Shown: piece by piece, positions 46,581 through 49,347 of the stretch
Layout of the letters: every line of letters begins with the position of its first letter
Position numbering within the stretch: the stretch's first letter is position 1
Assembly (NCBI GenBank): GCA_903958625.1
Contig: CAJBTU010000425.1
Location: forward strand, 1-49,347
Length of the DNA stretch: 49,347 bases
Source of the DNA: an uncultured Ignavibacteriota bacterium
Lineage (GTDB): Bacteria > Bacteroidota > Ignavibacteria > UBA10030 > UBA8401
Direction: 5' to 3'
Position numbers and translations under genes: made by a program
Notes under the pieces: model-generated
Database searches by the model: none
Told to the model about the DNA's origin: nothing
Seen by the model: only the letters and a program-made list of their open reading frames with translations

Positions 46581-47912
46581 TTATTTTTTCCTGAAAATGA
46601 AATTATGGATACCGTACGCCGCACGTTTTCCGTCAAACGCAGCATTCACAACTTCTTTTCCGCCGTTGATACAATCGCCTCCGGCAAAATATTTAGGATT
46701 CGATGTTTGGTACGATTTTGCATTAACAACCACCATGCCGTCTTTGATCTTCAGTTTTGGAATGGAGACAAGCAACGTCTCGTCGATATTTTGCCCCACC
46801 GCTTTAATCACCATATCGACAGGGATCTTGAATTCAGAACGGGGTATCGTCTTCAATTTTCCATTCACGATCCGTGTTTCAAGACATTCCAATGCCTGCA
46901 CTTTCTTTTTCCCGATGATCTTCTTCGGCTGTGCGTGGAAATAAAATGATATGCCGTCCCGTTTCGCCAGTTCGAATTCAAAGTCATAGGCGGACATCTG
47001 TTCACGGCCGCGTCGATAGACCATAAACACTTCTTCCGCCCCAAGGCGTTTTGCTTCTGTGGCAGCATCGATCGCCGTATTTCCGGCACCAATGACAGCA
47101 ACGCGCCTGCCGACATCAACGGATTTCCATTTCCGTTTCGTAACATTCTCGACAAAATCGAGAGCGTTAACGACACCATTCATTTCTTCTCCGGAAATCT
47201 GCAGTTCTGCCGGCATTGGGAGTCCCACACCGATAAAGATGGCATCATGCGTTTTTTCCAATTTCCCGAATGAAATATCTTTCCCAACCCGAACTCCGGT
47301 CTTTATCTTGACCCCGAGACGTTTGATCATCTTCACTTCATTCAAACTGTCCTGCTGCTGCATTTTGTATGGTGCTATACCATGTGTGTCCAATCCGCCG
47401 GCAAGTTTGCTGGCCTCATAGATCGTCACATCGAATCCAAGCAGAGTCAATTCAGCCGCACATGCCAAACCTGCCGGACCTGCGCCGATAATGCCGACTG
47501 TTTTACCATTCTTCTCAGCAGGAGAGAACAATTGTGGCATCTTTTTTTCAACATACCAGTCCATAACATGGCGCTGAAGCTTGCCGATCTGGATCGGTTT
47601 TTCACCTTTACCGTGATACACACAGGCGCCTTCGCAAAGCACGTCCACAGGACACGCTTTAGCGCAGGTTAATGCTACCCAATTTGAAGAAAGGATCGTC
47701 TTAGCGGATCCTTTCATATTCCCAGTGGAGATCTTTTTGATAAATGTCGATATATCAATATGCGTCGGGCAGGCGGTCATACAAGGGGAATCGTAACAAT
47801 AGAGACAGCGGTTTGCTTCCGCCAGCGCAGCAACATCGGTGAGAGCCGGTTTCAGTTCAGCAAAATTTGCTTCGTATTCCTTTGAAGTGAGTTTCGGAGC
47901 AACATTGTTCAT
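46581..47912 (-). CDS. preT: Dihydropyrimidine dehydrogenase subunit PreT (GltD-like flavoprotein)
   Basis: RCLYCYDSPCMTACPTH, IGAGPAGL, VIGAGNTAID, FAGGDC; adjacent to preA. Confidence 0.88.
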   Translation of the reverse strand: MNNVAPKLTSKEYEANFAELKPALTDVAALAEANRCLYCYDSPCMTACPTHIDISTFIKKISTGNMKGSAKTILSSNWVALTCAKACPVDVLCEGACVYHGKGEKPIQIGKLQRHVMDWYVEKKMPQLFSPAEKNGKTVGIIGAGPAGLACAAELTLLGFDVTIYEASKLAGGLDTHGIAPYKMQQQDSLNEVKMIKRLGVKIKTGVRVGKDISFGKLEKTHDAIFIGVGLPMPAELQISGEEMNGVVNALDFVENVTKRKWKSVDVGRRVAVIGAGNTAIDAATEAKRLGAEEVFMVYRRGREQMSAYDFEFELAKRDGISFYFHAQPKKIIGKKKVQALECLETRIVNGKLKTIPRSEFKIPVDMVIKAVGQNIDETLLVSIPKLKIKDGMVVVNAKSYQTSNPKYFAGGDCINGGKEVVNAAFDGKRAAYGIHNFIFRKK

Positions 47913-47939
47913 ACTGTTTTTCCTTCACGATTCAATACA

Positions 47940-49286
47940 TCATGCAGTTACTAGTGCGTCGGCAATCGCCAATGCAGAATCCAAAGCAGCAATGCCGATA
48001 TCGATCTCTTCCTTCGAAATGATCAGAGGCGGAGCGATGACAAAATGGCTCACCCATGCCTGAAGAAACACACCGTTCTTCATCATTTCCGCAGCAACTT
48101 TCTCCACAACAGACTGCACGCCGCTGACCTTATCCAGTTTCGTATTGAACGGTTCGCGGGTCTTCTGATTTTTGACAAGATCAACAGCCCAGAACAAACC
48201 GAGTCCGCGGACGTCACCGATGCATGGATGTTTTGTTTTCAGCGCATTCAGCTTTTCATTAAAATATCCTTCCAATTCTTTCGCTCTTACCACAAGATTC
48301 ATTCTTCTCATTTCCGCAATAGCAGCAATTGCCGGAGCCAGCGTAATCGGATGTGCTTCATAGGTATGGCCGTGTGAAAAGAAGTTTTCATCGAAGAATG
48401 ATGCGATCTTCATTGTTGTGGCACAGAGTCCAAGAGGAACATACGCTGCCGTGATCCCTTTTGCTGTTACGAGAATATCCGGTTTTACGTTCCAATGATC
48501 GACGGCAAACCACGTACCGGTGCGTCCCCAACCGCTCATCACTTCGTCGGCGATCAGCAAGACATTATGTGTATCGCAAATCTCACGGAGTCTCGGAAGA
48601 TATTCGTTCGGCGGAATCAGCACACCGTTCGTGCCGACGATCGGTTCAATAAGAACTGCGGCGACATCACCTTCATTCTCTATCATGTGATTGATATACT
48701 CTACGCAGGCTATTCCGCATCCCGGATAAGTGTGAAGAAGAGGGCATTTATAGCAATTCACTTCCGGAGCAAATATAACGCCGGGTATCTTCCCGGCCGG
48801 TTCCATTGCCCACCGCCTCGGATCTCCGGTTGCAGCAATTGAACCCATAGTTGATCCGTGATACGAGCGGTACCGTGAAATGATCTTCGTCTTGCCGGTA
48901 TACATCCGCGCAATTTTGAATGCCGCTTCATTTGCTTCGGTACCGGATGTTGTGAAAAAGAATTTTTCCAATCCTTCAGGAAGAACTTCCAAAAGCAGTT
49001 TACTGAGTTCAACGCGAACATCGGTCGCAAATCCCGGTGCGATGTATGCAAGTTTCTTTGCTTGCTCACCGATTGAGTCAATCACCGCCTGATTCTTATG
49101 TCCAAGCGTACAGCACATGAGCTGCGAAGAAAAATCGAGATAGCGTTTTCCGTTCGAGTCGATAAAATAACATCCTTCAGCATCGACAATATGAAGCGGT
49201 TTCCATCCTTTTTGTTTACGCCATGTTCCGTAGGTATATCGCGCCGTTAGTTCGACGATTTCCTGGGATGATAAAGTTGAGTTCAT
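47940..49286 (-). CDS. Class III aminotransferase, likely beta-alanine transaminase
   Basis: SGTEANE, YHGST, IADEVMSGWGRTG, TAKG (PLP lysine), HGHTY; lies in the pyrimidine catabolic cluster; ATG 49286 preferred over TTG 49292. Confidence 0.85.
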   Translation of the reverse strand: MNSTLSSQEIVELTARYTYGTWRKQKGWKPLHIVDAEGCYFIDSNGKRYLDFSSQLMCCTLGHKNQAVIDSIGEQAKKLAYIAPGFATDVRVELSKLLLEVLPEGLEKFFFTTSGTEANEAAFKIARMYTGKTKIISRYRSYHGSTMGSIAATGDPRRWAMEPAGKIPGVIFAPEVNCYKCPLLHTYPGCGIACVEYINHMIENEGDVAAVLIEPIVGTNGVLIPPNEYLPRLREICDTHNVLLIADEVMSGWGRTGTWFAVDHWNVKPDILVTAKGITAAYVPLGLCATTMKIASFFDENFFSHGHTYEAHPITLAPAIAAIAEMRRMNLVVRAKELEGYFNEKLNALKTKHPCIGDVRGLGLFWAVDLVKNQKTREPFNTKLDKVSGVQSVVEKVAAEMMKNGVFLQAWVSHFVIAPPLIISKEEIDIGIAALDSALAIADALVTA

Positions 49287-49347
49287 TAGCAAGGAACCTC
49301 TTTCCGATTTATATTCGACAACAAATCAATCCTTCAATTCTGTGATC

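Overview
A 49.3-kb bacterial fragment, probably from the Ignavibacteria/Chlorobi side of the FCB superphylum (inferred from a T9SS-type C-terminal NYPNPFNP domain, a DUF3098-like gene and TTGnnn-N16/17-TATATT promoters). Most of it is housekeeping: hrpB-yciH, polA, nth, rplM-rpsI-rpsB-tsf-pyrH-frr, four tRNAs, a reductive pyrimidine catabolism cluster with mmsA, and carbohydrate enzymes. Three things stand out. (1) An archaeal-type PolB2 cassette (19123-22632, minus strand): a 66-aa leader ORF, a terminator-like hairpin, a Walker-A-less RecA/RadA-like protein, an 86-aa MGR- helical protein and a family B polymerase with a variant IIDC motif C. Its promoter -10 lies inside tandem CTGT-N8-ACAG SOS-box-like operators, so it is a candidate damage-inducible mutagenesis system analogous to imuABC. 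(2) A tRNA-Ala / small GIY-YIG nuclease module followed by degenerate tRNA copies carrying palindrome insertions, plus REP-like elements elsewhere sharing a fixed TTCGRC-GC-[inverted repeat]-TT-GCTCA grammar, one of them nested. (3) A candidate ~80-nt sRNA with its own promoter and terminator. An HNH nuclease pseudogene and a 58-aa ORF missing from the ORF track were also found. All family assignments come from motif recognition and recall; no database searches were run.
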